Part shown: one piece after another, positions 35,235-43,537 of the stretch
Numbering within the stretch: position 1 is the stretch's first letter
How the letters are laid out: the number at the start of each line of letters is the position of its first letter
Source: a virus
Taxonomy: Duplodnaviria > Caudoviricetes
Strand: one strand, 5' to 3'
Length of the DNA stretch: 64,000 nt
IMG/VR virus record: IMGVR_UViG_3300009370_000001
Position numbers and translations under genes: made by a program
Notes under the pieces: model-generated
Database searches by the model: none
Seen by the model: the letters and a program-made list of their open reading frames with translations, nothing else
Told to the model about the DNA's origin: nothing

Positions 35235-35579
35235 ATGAAATCGATTATAGACCATATAGCCCTTAAAGTTGAGGATCTAAAGATCGCAGAAGAGTGGTAT
35301 TGCAACAATTTAGATGCTGAAGTCACTTTTCGAGATAAAAAGTACACAAGATTAAAGGTAGAAAATACTAACATTGCCTTAATCGACAAAAAATACTATC
35401 CTTGGGAGCATATTGCAATTTTGATAGAGAACAAAGAGGATTTGCCTCATGATTTAGGAAAAACTATAGAACATCGCGATGGAACGGTGGGAGTTTATGT
35501 AAAAGACCCATTTGGTAACTATTTAGAGTATATCTGGTACTCTGAAGAGCAAAAAAAGGTATTTTTAGATAATGATTGA
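35235..35579 (+). CDS. VOC/glyoxalase-family protein
   Basis: IDHIALKVEDL...YVKDPFGNYLEY. Confidence 0.88.
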   Translation: MKSIIDHIALKVEDLKIAEEWYCNNLDAEVTFRDKKYTRLKVENTNIALIDKKYYPWEHIAILIENKEDLPHDLGKTIEHRDGTVGVYVKDPFGNYLEYIWYSEEQKKVFLDND

Positions 35580-36522
35580 TATTATTAATCCGATGATTAA
35601 GCAATTTATGCCTTTTGCACAGGAAAAAATGGGTTTTCACAAGCCCCCTAAATTGTTTTTGCGTGGATCTCCTAAGAACGCTGCTAACCCACTGGGGAAA
35701 ACGGCATTCTATGATCCTGCCGCACAAGCTATTACCATATATATTACAGATCGTCACCCTAAAGACGTTATGAGGTCACTATCACACGAATTAGTACACC
35801 ATACACAAAACTGTCGGGGTGACTTTGACAATGTCGGAGAAATGGGTGAAGGATATGCCCAAAACGACGAATATCTGCGCGAAATGGAGCGCGAAGCATA
35901 CGAAAAAGGAAATATGTGCTTTCGAGACTGGGAAGACAGCATCAAAAGTACTATTTATTTTGAACATCTACAAAAAGGAGCTAAGAAAACGATGTCTACT
36001 AAAGAATGGAGAAATGGAGAATTAACCACGATTCTCTCAGAAGCTTTTGGTTTTAAGTTTAATCTTGACCATCTTACTGAGGAACGAACTGGTTCAGGAA
36101 TCGATCACGGTGGTGACGATGATGAAGAGGCTGAGGAAGAGACCGAAGGCACAGCCGATAGCAAACGCGAAGAAAAAGGTCTTCGTGATGAAGGACAAGT
36201 TTCAAGCGGTCGCAATGGGCCAAATGACAGGCGCCCAGATCCACGGAAGCGTCCGATGGAAGAGGAAGAAGAGCCTTGGGGAATGGATACGGTTAAAGAT
36301 CCGAAGCCCCACAAGCGCCAGGATACCCTTGCACTCCCCGCTCGTAAAAAATGTGAGGATGGTTCGAAACCTGATCGACGAACGGGCAACTGCCCTGATG
36401 AGCGTGTACAGGTCGATTATCGAGCGTCCCCCTACGGACTTGAAGAAAAAGCTGAAATTACTGAGGTTCAAATCCGCGAAGCTGCCAAACGTGTTTTGGC
36501 TCGGCTCAAAGGAGGAAAATAA
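35572..36522 (+). CDS. zincin metallopeptidase with acidic C-terminal half
   Basis: HELVH plus downstream EREAY; internal RBS and ATG at 35992. Confidence 0.75.
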   Translation: MIDIINPMIKQFMPFAQEKMGFHKPPKLFLRGSPKNAANPLGKTAFYDPAAQAITIYITDRHPKDVMRSLSHELVHHTQNCRGDFDNVGEMGEGYAQNDEYLREMEREAYEKGNMCFRDWEDSIKSTIYFEHLQKGAKKTMSTKEWRNGELTTILSEAFGFKFNLDHLTEERTGSGIDHGGDDDEEAEEETEGTADSKREEKGLRDEGQVSSGRNGPNDRRPDPRKRPMEEEEEPWGMDTVKDPKPHKRQDTLALPARKKCEDGSKPDRRTGNCPDERVQVDYRASPYGLEEKAEITEVQIREAAKRVLARLKGGK

Positions 36523-36816
36523 ATGGGAAAATCATGGAAAAGACGCTGGAACGCCGCCCGGTTGGCCTCGTATAACACTACTACGACTGACACGGTTACA
36601 ACTACGGCACCAGAAGTAGAGACAATCACAGTAGAAACAACGACTCCCATAGTGGAAGCGACAGCGGCAGAGGAAAAAACAACTTCCCCTCAAACCACTA
36701 CAAAGAAAAAGACAACTACTTCGACTCGTACTGCCCGAAAAAAGGTAACCAATACAACAAAACGCCAAACACGCAAGAAAACCACTACTACCGAAGCCAC
36801 AACTCACACTACTTAA
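36523..36816 (+). CDS. Thr/Lys-rich low-complexity protein
   Basis: GGAGG RBS. Confidence 0.65.
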   Translation: MGKSWKRRWNAARLASYNTTTTDTVTTTAPEVETITVETTTPIVEATAAEEKTTSPQTTTKKKTTTSTRTARKKVTNTTKRQTRKKTTTTEATTHTT

Positions 36817-36830
36817 AGGAATAAGCAAAA

Positions 36831-37088
36831 ATGTCGTTAAATAAAGTCTGGAATGATTTCTTACTGAATGAAAATCTTCAAGATAAAAATATTTTTACTT
36901 ATTTGCAAGGTTTAGAAGAAATAATCTCCAATATTAAGCCAAAATCGATGACAGAAGAGCGTCGTTTGTCTTTGGCGAGGCAGCATCTGAAAGAAGCTCG
37001 CAGATCTGCACGCAGAATGCAAAACGAACTCCAAGTTCTAGAAGAAAGGCTTAATGTATTGGAAGAAAGCCTAAACGAGGGCTCGTAA
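36831..37088 (+). CDS. coiled-coil protein with tag-like start (VWNDFLLNE)
   Basis: AAGGA RBS; LxE motifs. Confidence 0.65.
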   Translation: MSLNKVWNDFLLNENLQDKNIFTYLQGLEEIISNIKPKSMTEERRLSLARQHLKEARRSARRMQNELQVLEERLNVLEESLNEGS

Positions 37089-39013
37089 TGGGTGGTGCGG
37101 CGGGCCATATGGCTCATCCCTTCGATTTGGGATGGGTAAACTCGGGTTCTGACCTCTTAGATTTCTTTGAGAAGGCAAAAACCTATGTTGAGAAGAAGGG
37201 CGCTGGCTCCGTCAAGATAGATGGCGTCAATGTATCGTTCAAAGTGGTCGGAGACGACGAAAACAAGCAATTTGCGGTTGATCGCGGCTCCTTAAAGCCA
37301 ATAGACATCGATGGAATTACGATGGACCGCGTTGATGACCGTTTTCCAGAAGGCCACGGCATGCGGCCGGCGATCCGGACCCTTTTGACCATTTTAAATG
37401 AAGCTTTGCCCGATATTCAACAAGAATTAGAAGAATTAGGCATGTGGGACGACCCATCGCGCTTTTTAAACACCGAATATGTCGCCGGAACGACAAATGT
37501 GACTCAATATGATGAAAATTTCCTTGCAATTCACGGATTAAGCCAATTTTATCAAAAAACCGCTAAATCTGGACCCAGCAAAGGAAATATACGCCCTGGA
37601 ATGGCGCGCCCGGAAGGAGTAAAGGCTCCAAGCGTCGAAGTGGCCTATGATCCTCAAACAATGGACAAATTAGTCACGAAACTCAATTCTGTAGCCGAAA
37701 ACTACGGTTTTAAGGTATATGGCTCCGTTCCAACCGAAAAAATCGACGAAATCGACTTTTCATCGACTTTATCGCAACCTTTTACAGTAAACGTGTCTCC
37801 TGATCGCCAAATCACTAAATCTTTGGAAGAATGGTTGCGCGAAGTCCAAAATCCACGTTATAAAGTGGTCAAATTAAAAGATGGGACCAAAATACACTCT
37901 CTACATAAACAACTTTATCTTAATATCTTAAATGGAGAGACCCCAGTGGTAGATTTACTTGATCAGGCAGATGCGCAAGATGCTATTTATGGTGCAGTGC
38001 TGATGCACGCCACTCGAATGCTTGGAAATGATGTTATGAAGGCCCTGACAAGCCCGATGGGCGATGTAATGAACCATGAAGGTATTGTTATGCGAGATGA
38101 GAAACTTTTTGGACCAAATCCTGTCAAAATCACCGGAGACTTTATTGTTGGTAACCTCGGAGGCGGATTTGGACAGGTCACTGAAGAAGAAGAAGAAATA
38201 GAGGTCATCGACAACGAAGATGCAGATCCTGTGGGAGAATTTGCTGGTGGTGAAACGGTTGCTATTGTCCCCGGCGCATTTAAGCCGCCACACCGCGGCC
38301 ATCTTGCAATGGTAGAACAATATGCCGATGAAGCAGACCGTGTAATAGTGTTAATTTCAGCCCCTGTGTTAGCAGGTAGAAAACTACCTAATGGGCGCGA
38401 AATTACTGCTGCAGATTCTCAAAAGATTTGGGAATTGTATGTTGATCACTTACCAAACGTTGAAGTAGAGATTTCCTCGCATGCTTCTCCCATAAATGCA
38501 GCTTATGAATATGTTGGAGAGGAAGGACCACTCAATGCGGGCGATAGTGTTATTCTCGGCTGCAGCAAAAAGGATTGTGATTGGAAACGATGGATGGGCG
38601 CTGAAAAATATATTAAAGATGGGGTAAGCCTGCTACCGCCCGAAGGTGTTTCCCCGACATATCGGGATAATGGTGAGCCATTTAGTGCTACCGAAATGAG
38701 AGACTTGCTTGGGCGCGCACAAGAAGACTCAGATGCAATTGAAGAATTAGAAGAATTTACCGGCGAAGATAATGTTTTTGATGTTTTGTCTATTTTGGGC
38801 CTAAATGTTGGTTTAAGTGAGATGTCTTCAATGGGTGGCGGGGCCGTCCAAGGTGCAGCCGTAGGAGCCAAGGGAGGACCTTGGCGCCACACTGATATTG
38901 AAGCCGAGAACGAAAAAGAAAAGAAACGTAGTAGACTTAAAAAAGAAAATATAGATTTATCTATGGTTGATGAAGTAATGAGACTATTTATGGAAAGAGG
39001 GATTATCCAATGA
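37088..39013 (+). CDS. RNA-ligase-like nucleotidyltransferase fused to a HxGH cytidylyltransferase-like domain
   Basis: KIDGVN, EGIVMR, VKIT; PGAFKPPHRGH. Confidence 0.7.
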   Translation: MGGAAGHMAHPFDLGWVNSGSDLLDFFEKAKTYVEKKGAGSVKIDGVNVSFKVVGDDENKQFAVDRGSLKPIDIDGITMDRVDDRFPEGHGMRPAIRTLLTILNEALPDIQQELEELGMWDDPSRFLNTEYVAGTTNVTQYDENFLAIHGLSQFYQKTAKSGPSKGNIRPGMARPEGVKAPSVEVAYDPQTMDKLVTKLNSVAENYGFKVYGSVPTEKIDEIDFSSTLSQPFTVNVSPDRQITKSLEEWLREVQNPRYKVVKLKDGTKIHSLHKQLYLNILNGETPVVDLLDQADAQDAIYGAVLMHATRMLGNDVMKALTSPMGDVMNHEGIVMRDEKLFGPNPVKITGDFIVGNLGGGFGQVTEEEEEIEVIDNEDADPVGEFAGGETVAIVPGAFKPPHRGHLAMVEQYADEADRVIVLISAPVLAGRKLPNGREITAADSQKIWELYVDHLPNVEVEISSHASPINAAYEYVGEEGPLNAGDSVILGCSKKDCDWKRWMGAEKYIKDGVSLLPPEGVSPTYRDNGEPFSATEMRDLLGRAQEDSDAIEELEEFTGEDNVFDVLSILGLNVGLSEMSSMGGGAVQGAAVGAKGGPWRHTDIEAENEKEKKRSRLKKENIDLSMVDEVMRLFMERGIIQ

Positions 39014-39831
39014 AAGCTGAGCAAGAGCAAATCTTAAGAGAGAATATAAGACAGTTAATTGAAGTTGTCAAGCAAAAAAGAAGTACAGTCCAAGAAACAC
39101 TGTTATTAGAAGAAGAACGCCTCCGCGGGATCGTTAGAGACTTAATTGATGTTGAACTCCAATCGCTCCGCGAGGATACTACCCCTGACAACGACCCGGT
39201 GCCCAATAAGTCTACTGGCATTAACGTTCTCGAAGATCTTTTGAAGAAAATTATTCCTGTCCTAGAGACTGATTATAAATTACTTACTACCGATGCCGAA
39301 CAGCGCCAATCATTCCGCGCGCATGTTATTAATGCTGTAGTTGATGCCTTAACACCTGCTGAAGTTAATAATGAGGCTGGTGAGGAGGTTGCTGCAGCGG
39401 ATGCACTAGAAGAAGAAGTAGATATAGCTATTGGCGATGAAGATAAGTTTATCGATATTCGAACTGATGCAGAAAAAAGTGCTGATGATGAAGAAGTCGA
39501 AGAGGACCCCCGCGATGGTTTTGGCGTCGCCGGCGAAGATGAAACTGGACGCAATGTAGCTTATAATGCCTTTAAAAAGATTCAAACTTCAATTATTGAT
39601 TCTTATGAATTATTATCTAATCCTGAAGACCAAGAATTGTTTTATGATTATTTGATCGCCAATCTTAAATTGTATTTTGATAAATTCGAAGGCGAATTGG
39701 CGCCAGACGTAGAAGAGCCCACAAATCAAGCCTATGACGATGCTAAGAGCGAAGAAGGCGATATGGGCGCGCCAGATGACACTGAGATGGATTTCGGTGG
39801 TGATGAAGAAGAGATAGAATTAGAATTATGA
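39010..39831 (+). CDS. highly acidic protein, head core/scaffold-like
   Basis: D/E-rich; multiple LxE motifs. Confidence 0.6.
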   Translation: MKAEQEQILRENIRQLIEVVKQKRSTVQETLLLEEERLRGIVRDLIDVELQSLREDTTPDNDPVPNKSTGINVLEDLLKKIIPVLETDYKLLTTDAEQRQSFRAHVINAVVDALTPAEVNNEAGEEVAAADALEEEVDIAIGDEDKFIDIRTDAEKSADDEEVEEDPRDGFGVAGEDETGRNVAYNAFKKIQTSIIDSYELLSNPEDQELFYDYLIANLKLYFDKFEGELAPDVEEPTNQAYDDAKSEEGDMGAPDDTEMDFGGDEEEIELEL

Positions 39832-40592
39832 AAATTTTAATGGAGAATTGGCGCCAATTTATAGAACATGGCGCGTCGACACCTGAGAATGGAAAAATAT
39901 ATCTTTTCGAAGATGAAAAGATCACAGAAGCATCTTTTAGCATAAGATTAAATCTATTAACAGAATCCACCACAGAGATAGAAGGCTTTTTGCGAGAATG
40001 GGAGACGTCTGCCGATTATGTGTTAAGCAAGAATGTTCTTAATGAGGGCGTAATGGATTTAGTTTCTCAGGCGGCTGCAGTGTTGAAAACACTCGCAGAG
40101 AAATCTTGGGATACGGTCACAAGTGTCACTTCAAAAGTTTTAAATTTTATTGAGAAATTTAAAGAAAAACACCCCAAAATATATAGCGCCCTCAAATGGG
40201 CCTGTATAGCAATAATATGTATAGCGGCACTTTATCTAATAGCCAAAGCCACAGGAATGACAGCTGTTGTCCAAGCTATGGAATCACTTGCTACATTCCA
40301 ATGGCCCGATGTAGCAATTTCTGAATTGGTAAGAGATCTAACCAACCAACAGACAGTAGATGCTCTTCGAAACCTACAAGACGCATTATTAAATCGAGCA
40401 GGAGACATAGGAGTAGATCTGGTGCAAAGTGATCATCAAATCCTTCAGGATCTAGGAGATAAAATCTTAGATTCTATTCCATCGGAGCAGTCGGCTGAAG
40501 CAGTATCGGATTTCTGGGGTCAGGCGATGGAACGGTTACAGCAAGGCGCCCAGGCCGGCACGGGACAAATTGAGACCTTCACTCCAAATTAG
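39828..40592 (+). CDS. tagged protein with central TM helix
   Basis: MKILMENWRQFIE; WACIAIICIAALYLIA. Confidence 0.7.
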   Translation: MKILMENWRQFIEHGASTPENGKIYLFEDEKITEASFSIRLNLLTESTTEIEGFLREWETSADYVLSKNVLNEGVMDLVSQAAAVLKTLAEKSWDTVTSVTSKVLNFIEKFKEKHPKIYSALKWACIAIICIAALYLIAKATGMTAVVQAMESLATFQWPDVAISELVRDLTNQQTVDALRNLQDALLNRAGDIGVDLVQSDHQILQDLGDKILDSIPSEQSAEAVSDFWGQAMERLQQGAQAGTGQIETFTPN

Positions 40593-40609
40593 ATATCTCT
40601 GAGAAAAAA

Positions 40610-40972
40610 ATGATAAAAAGTTCAAAAAAGAACTTGACAACCAAAAATAAGAGCGTTATACTAGCATTGAAGGCTAAAAACCTTATAGATGATAGTTTGT
40701 TAGTTTCTATTAATAGTTTAACTTTAGAAGATCTAATAGCTATAAAGTTTGAACTTTCAGCTAACCATATAAATAATAGACCTTATGGATTTGACATTTG
40801 GAGAAAATCAAGTTATATTATAAAAGAGGCTTTACTAAAGTTTGCGCTTTCAACCACCAACTCTAAAAAAGACGCGGCAAGGTTTTTAGGTTTAACCTAC
40901 AGTGATTTTAAAAAAGCCATTAAAAAATACAAGGTAACCAACTTTTTTAACGACGATGTGGAAGGTTTATAA
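40610..40972 (+). CDS. Fis-type HTH protein (start uncertain)
   Basis: ALSTTNSKKDAARFLGLTYSDFKKAIKKY. Confidence 0.65.
   Translation: MIKSSKKNLTTKNKSVILALKAKNLIDDSLLVSINSLTLEDLIAIKFELSANHINNRPYGFDIWRKSSYIIKEALLKFALSTTNSKKDAARFLGLTYSDFKKAIKKYKVTNFFNDDVEGL
40634..40662 (+). promoter_or_regulatory. sigma70 promoter
   Basis: TTGACA-17-TATACT. Confidence 0.65.
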
Positions 40973-41198
40973 ATATAACGGACACTATATCATGGGCGAC
41001 TTGGTCGGCTCACACAAAACAGAAGCTGCCGCCATGAAAAAAGCAAAGAAAGAAATAAAATTTAAATTTTCTGTGAGAGAAAAGAAAAAGAACGAGATAC
41101 TTATTTGGCTTGATGGTGAAAACCACGAACCACTAGGAGTTATCACACACGAATTAAAGGGGACGAAACGGCCTCGACAGGGTAAGGAGAAAGGATAG
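40956..41198 (+). CDS. hypothetical protein whose 3' end overlaps the tmRNA
   Basis: ORF track. Confidence 0.55.
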   Translation: MWKVYKYNGHYIMGDLVGSHKTEAAAMKKAKKEIKFKFSVREKKKNEILIWLDGENHEPLGVITHELKGTKRPRQGKEKG

Positions 41199-41580
41199 TG
41201 CAAGTAGTCAAACGTACCAGCAGACTTTAAATGCAGATACAAAACATAATTGCTAATAATAATAACAATTTCGAATCTGTCCGCTTAGCGGCTTAATCGG
41301 GTGGTTACCTAAAGCCATCAATCCAATTTAGGTATTTATCGCAACAGGATGGTAAGCGATATCTTATAGCCATCTATCTTTTTGTTAGTTTCTGATAGCA
41401 AACTGACGCATCGATTGGAAAGGGTGAGGGTTTAGCTTGTCAGTCGATTAATCACCCCGCTTTTGTTGATTTTCACATAGCGGATGCCGGCCGTCAGACC
41501 GGTAAAAATCAACTAAACTTGTGAATGACTTGAATTTTAATATGCTTTGGACGCGGGTTCGACTCCCGCCGTCTCCACCA
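41159..41580 (+). ncRNA. ssrA: tmRNA; tag peptide ANNNNNFESVRLAA encoded at 41252-41296
   Basis: GGGGACG/CGTCTCC-ACCA acceptor with G3:U70, GGTTCGACTCC T-arm, ATAATT-GCT resume context, tag ends LAA. Confidence 0.93.
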
Positions 41581-41592
41581 TCTTACTAAGGA

Positions 41593-42291
41593 ATGCGTAT
41601 ATATCAAAATAAAACTAAGACAGCCATATTGCTTATTAATTTAAAGGCGGCTTCTACATCTGCTGCGACACATTGCCGAAAAGGCGAAATTTCACAGGTT
41701 ACGAATTCATCAACAGAATATCGTAAAGTTGCAAGAGATCCACTATTATATAAACTAATGATAGTGCGAGAGCCCTACCAACGAATTGAAAGTTTTTATA
41801 AAAGTCGTTTTTATGTGCCTTACTCTCAAGATGAATGGCAAAAGCTCTTAAACACAATCACAGACTTAGAAATATATCAATGCCCTCTAACAGGCAAGTT
41901 TAAAGAGAGAAAATCCGGAAATAAATTACCGTTTTGGGTACGTATGGTAAATCATATATGTGAATATTTTGATAAAGAAGAATATTTTGCTGAAAAAATA
42001 GATTTTGAACAGTTTGTTATAAATGGGGTAGGAAAGGGATATCACGGACTTGGGCATTTATATGAACAAACCCGACTCTTGGAGCGCTCCCAAATTAACG
42101 CCGCGGCGGTAAATGAAATTATAAAACTTGAAAATCCGGATTTTACAAACTTAAACTCTTATTTTAATATAAATTTTGCTCATGAGAATAAAAGCTCGAT
42201 AGACACGACCTTAATTTGGACGTCCGAAATGAGGCAAATAGCTTATGAAAAATACAAAAAAGATTTCGAAGAATTTAAATATACAAGATAA
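41593..42291 (+). CDS. sulfotransferase family 2 protein
   Basis: NLKAASTS 5'-PSB-like; VREPYQRIES.Y. Confidence 0.7.
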   Translation: MRIYQNKTKTAILLINLKAASTSAATHCRKGEISQVTNSSTEYRKVARDPLLYKLMIVREPYQRIESFYKSRFYVPYSQDEWQKLLNTITDLEIYQCPLTGKFKERKSGNKLPFWVRMVNHICEYFDKEEYFAEKIDFEQFVINGVGKGYHGLGHLYEQTRLLERSQINAAAVNEIIKLENPDFTNLNSYFNINFAHENKSSIDTTLIWTSEMRQIAYEKYKKDFEEFKYTR

Positions 42292-42408
42292 TGAATTAAC
42301 AGACGAACAATTAGAAATAGTATGTGGCGGAATGAGAAAAGAAACATTCGACATATACGCAACAGATTTAATAAATAAAAATTTATTCTACAAACAAAAG
42401 GAAAAACA

Positions 42409-42849
42409 ATGAAAACAGTAGAAGTTGGAAACAACGTAAAAGTCCATTACGTAGGAACCCTTACAGATGGCACAGAATTTGATAGCTCGCATAAGCGAGG
42501 CGAGGCACTTCTTGTAGAAGTGGGCTCTCCTGGGCTATTAAAAGCTTTTGACGAAGCAATCGTGGGAATGACCGAGGGCGAAACAAAAGAGATCGTACTC
42601 TCCGCTGAGGAAGGATATGGTCCCCGAAACCCCGAAGCAATGCAAACGGTTCCCAAGGAAGCCTTTGGCCCTGAATTTGAATTTGAAGAAGGTCAGACTG
42701 TCCAAGGCAATGGCCCGTATGGACCTTTTTTAGCTACAATCAAGCAACTGGAAGAAACTCAAGTGGTATTGGATATGAACCATCCTCTTGCTGGTGAAAC
42801 ACTCAAATTTCAAATTGAAATGTTAGAAATTATTACGGAAGGAGAGTAA
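42409..42849 (+). CDS. FKBP-type peptidyl-prolyl isomerase (SlyD-like)
   Basis: VKVHYVGTLTDGTEFDSS; DMNHPLAG. Confidence 0.92.
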   Translation: MKTVEVGNNVKVHYVGTLTDGTEFDSSHKRGEALLVEVGSPGLLKAFDEAIVGMTEGETKEIVLSAEEGYGPRNPEAMQTVPKEAFGPEFEFEEGQTVQGNGPYGPFLATIKQLEETQVVLDMNHPLAGETLKFQIEMLEIITEGE

Positions 42850-42850
42850 A

Positions 42851-43066
42851 ATGAGCTTTTTAGACAAATTTAAGAGTATTATTACATTTGATAGGCTAAC
42901 AGTAGGAAATAAGGAAGTAGAATCAACACCAACAACCTCTACTTCCTCCGCTCCCGATCTGTCGACGCTTAAGGTTACGGAACTGAAGGCTCTGGCTAAA
43001 GAGCGAGGCATAAAAGGCTATTCTACATTAAAGAAGGCAGAACTGTTAAGCTTGTTGAGTGAATGA
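42851..43066 (+). CDS. Rho N-terminal/HeH domain protein
   Basis: DLSTLKVTELKALAKERGIKGYSTLKKAELL. Confidence 0.85.
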   Translation: MSFLDKFKSIITFDRLTVGNKEVESTPTTSTSSAPDLSTLKVTELKALAKERGIKGYSTLKKAELLSLLSE

Positions 43067-43413
43067 CTTATTTGTTATTATTGCTAATCGGATGTCTTCC
43101 GCCATTAGCTTATAGAAATTACGCCGGATCTAATTTCGATACTACTCGAAGTCCTTGCGTAGATGCTCTGTACGTTAATTTGGATAATTCCACCTGTGAT
43201 GATGCTTTAATTTTCGATTTTCCTTATCATGATTATTTCATGGTTAGATGTATTGACGATAACCCTGGAATAATTGATAATTGGACAATCCACTCTTTTT
43301 ATATCACTTCTCGATATAACACCTCTACATGGACCACGTTTATGATGGATGAATCATATACGTGGTTCTGTTCTGACCAGCAAATGGTCGTATATACCAA
43401 ACCAAGGAATTAA
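43063..43413 (+). CDS. putative lipoprotein
   Basis: lipobox LIGC. Confidence 0.6.
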   Translation: MTYLLLLLIGCLPPLAYRNYAGSNFDTTRSPCVDALYVNLDNSTCDDALIFDFPYHDYFMVRCIDDNPGIIDNWTIHSFYITSRYNTSTWTTFMMDESYTWFCSDQQMVVYTKPRN

Positions 43414-43414
43414 A

Positions 43415-43537
43415 ATGGATATAATTTCACAAATGTGTTTTCTAATGGCCGCACTTACATTCGGTGCTTTAGCAGGACACTACACAACCAAAGATTACTA
43501 TATCAAACAACTATTAACAAGGAAGGAAAATGAATAG
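43415..43537 (+). CDS. 40-aa single-TM peptide
   Basis: AAGGA RBS; hydrophobic stretch. Confidence 0.5.
   Translation: MDIISQMCFLMAALTFGALAGHYTTKDYYIKQLLTRKENE

Noticed and set aside
36523-36816. ACT/ACA-rich stretch as a tandem repeat array
   Set aside because: Low-complexity Thr codons with no fixed period.
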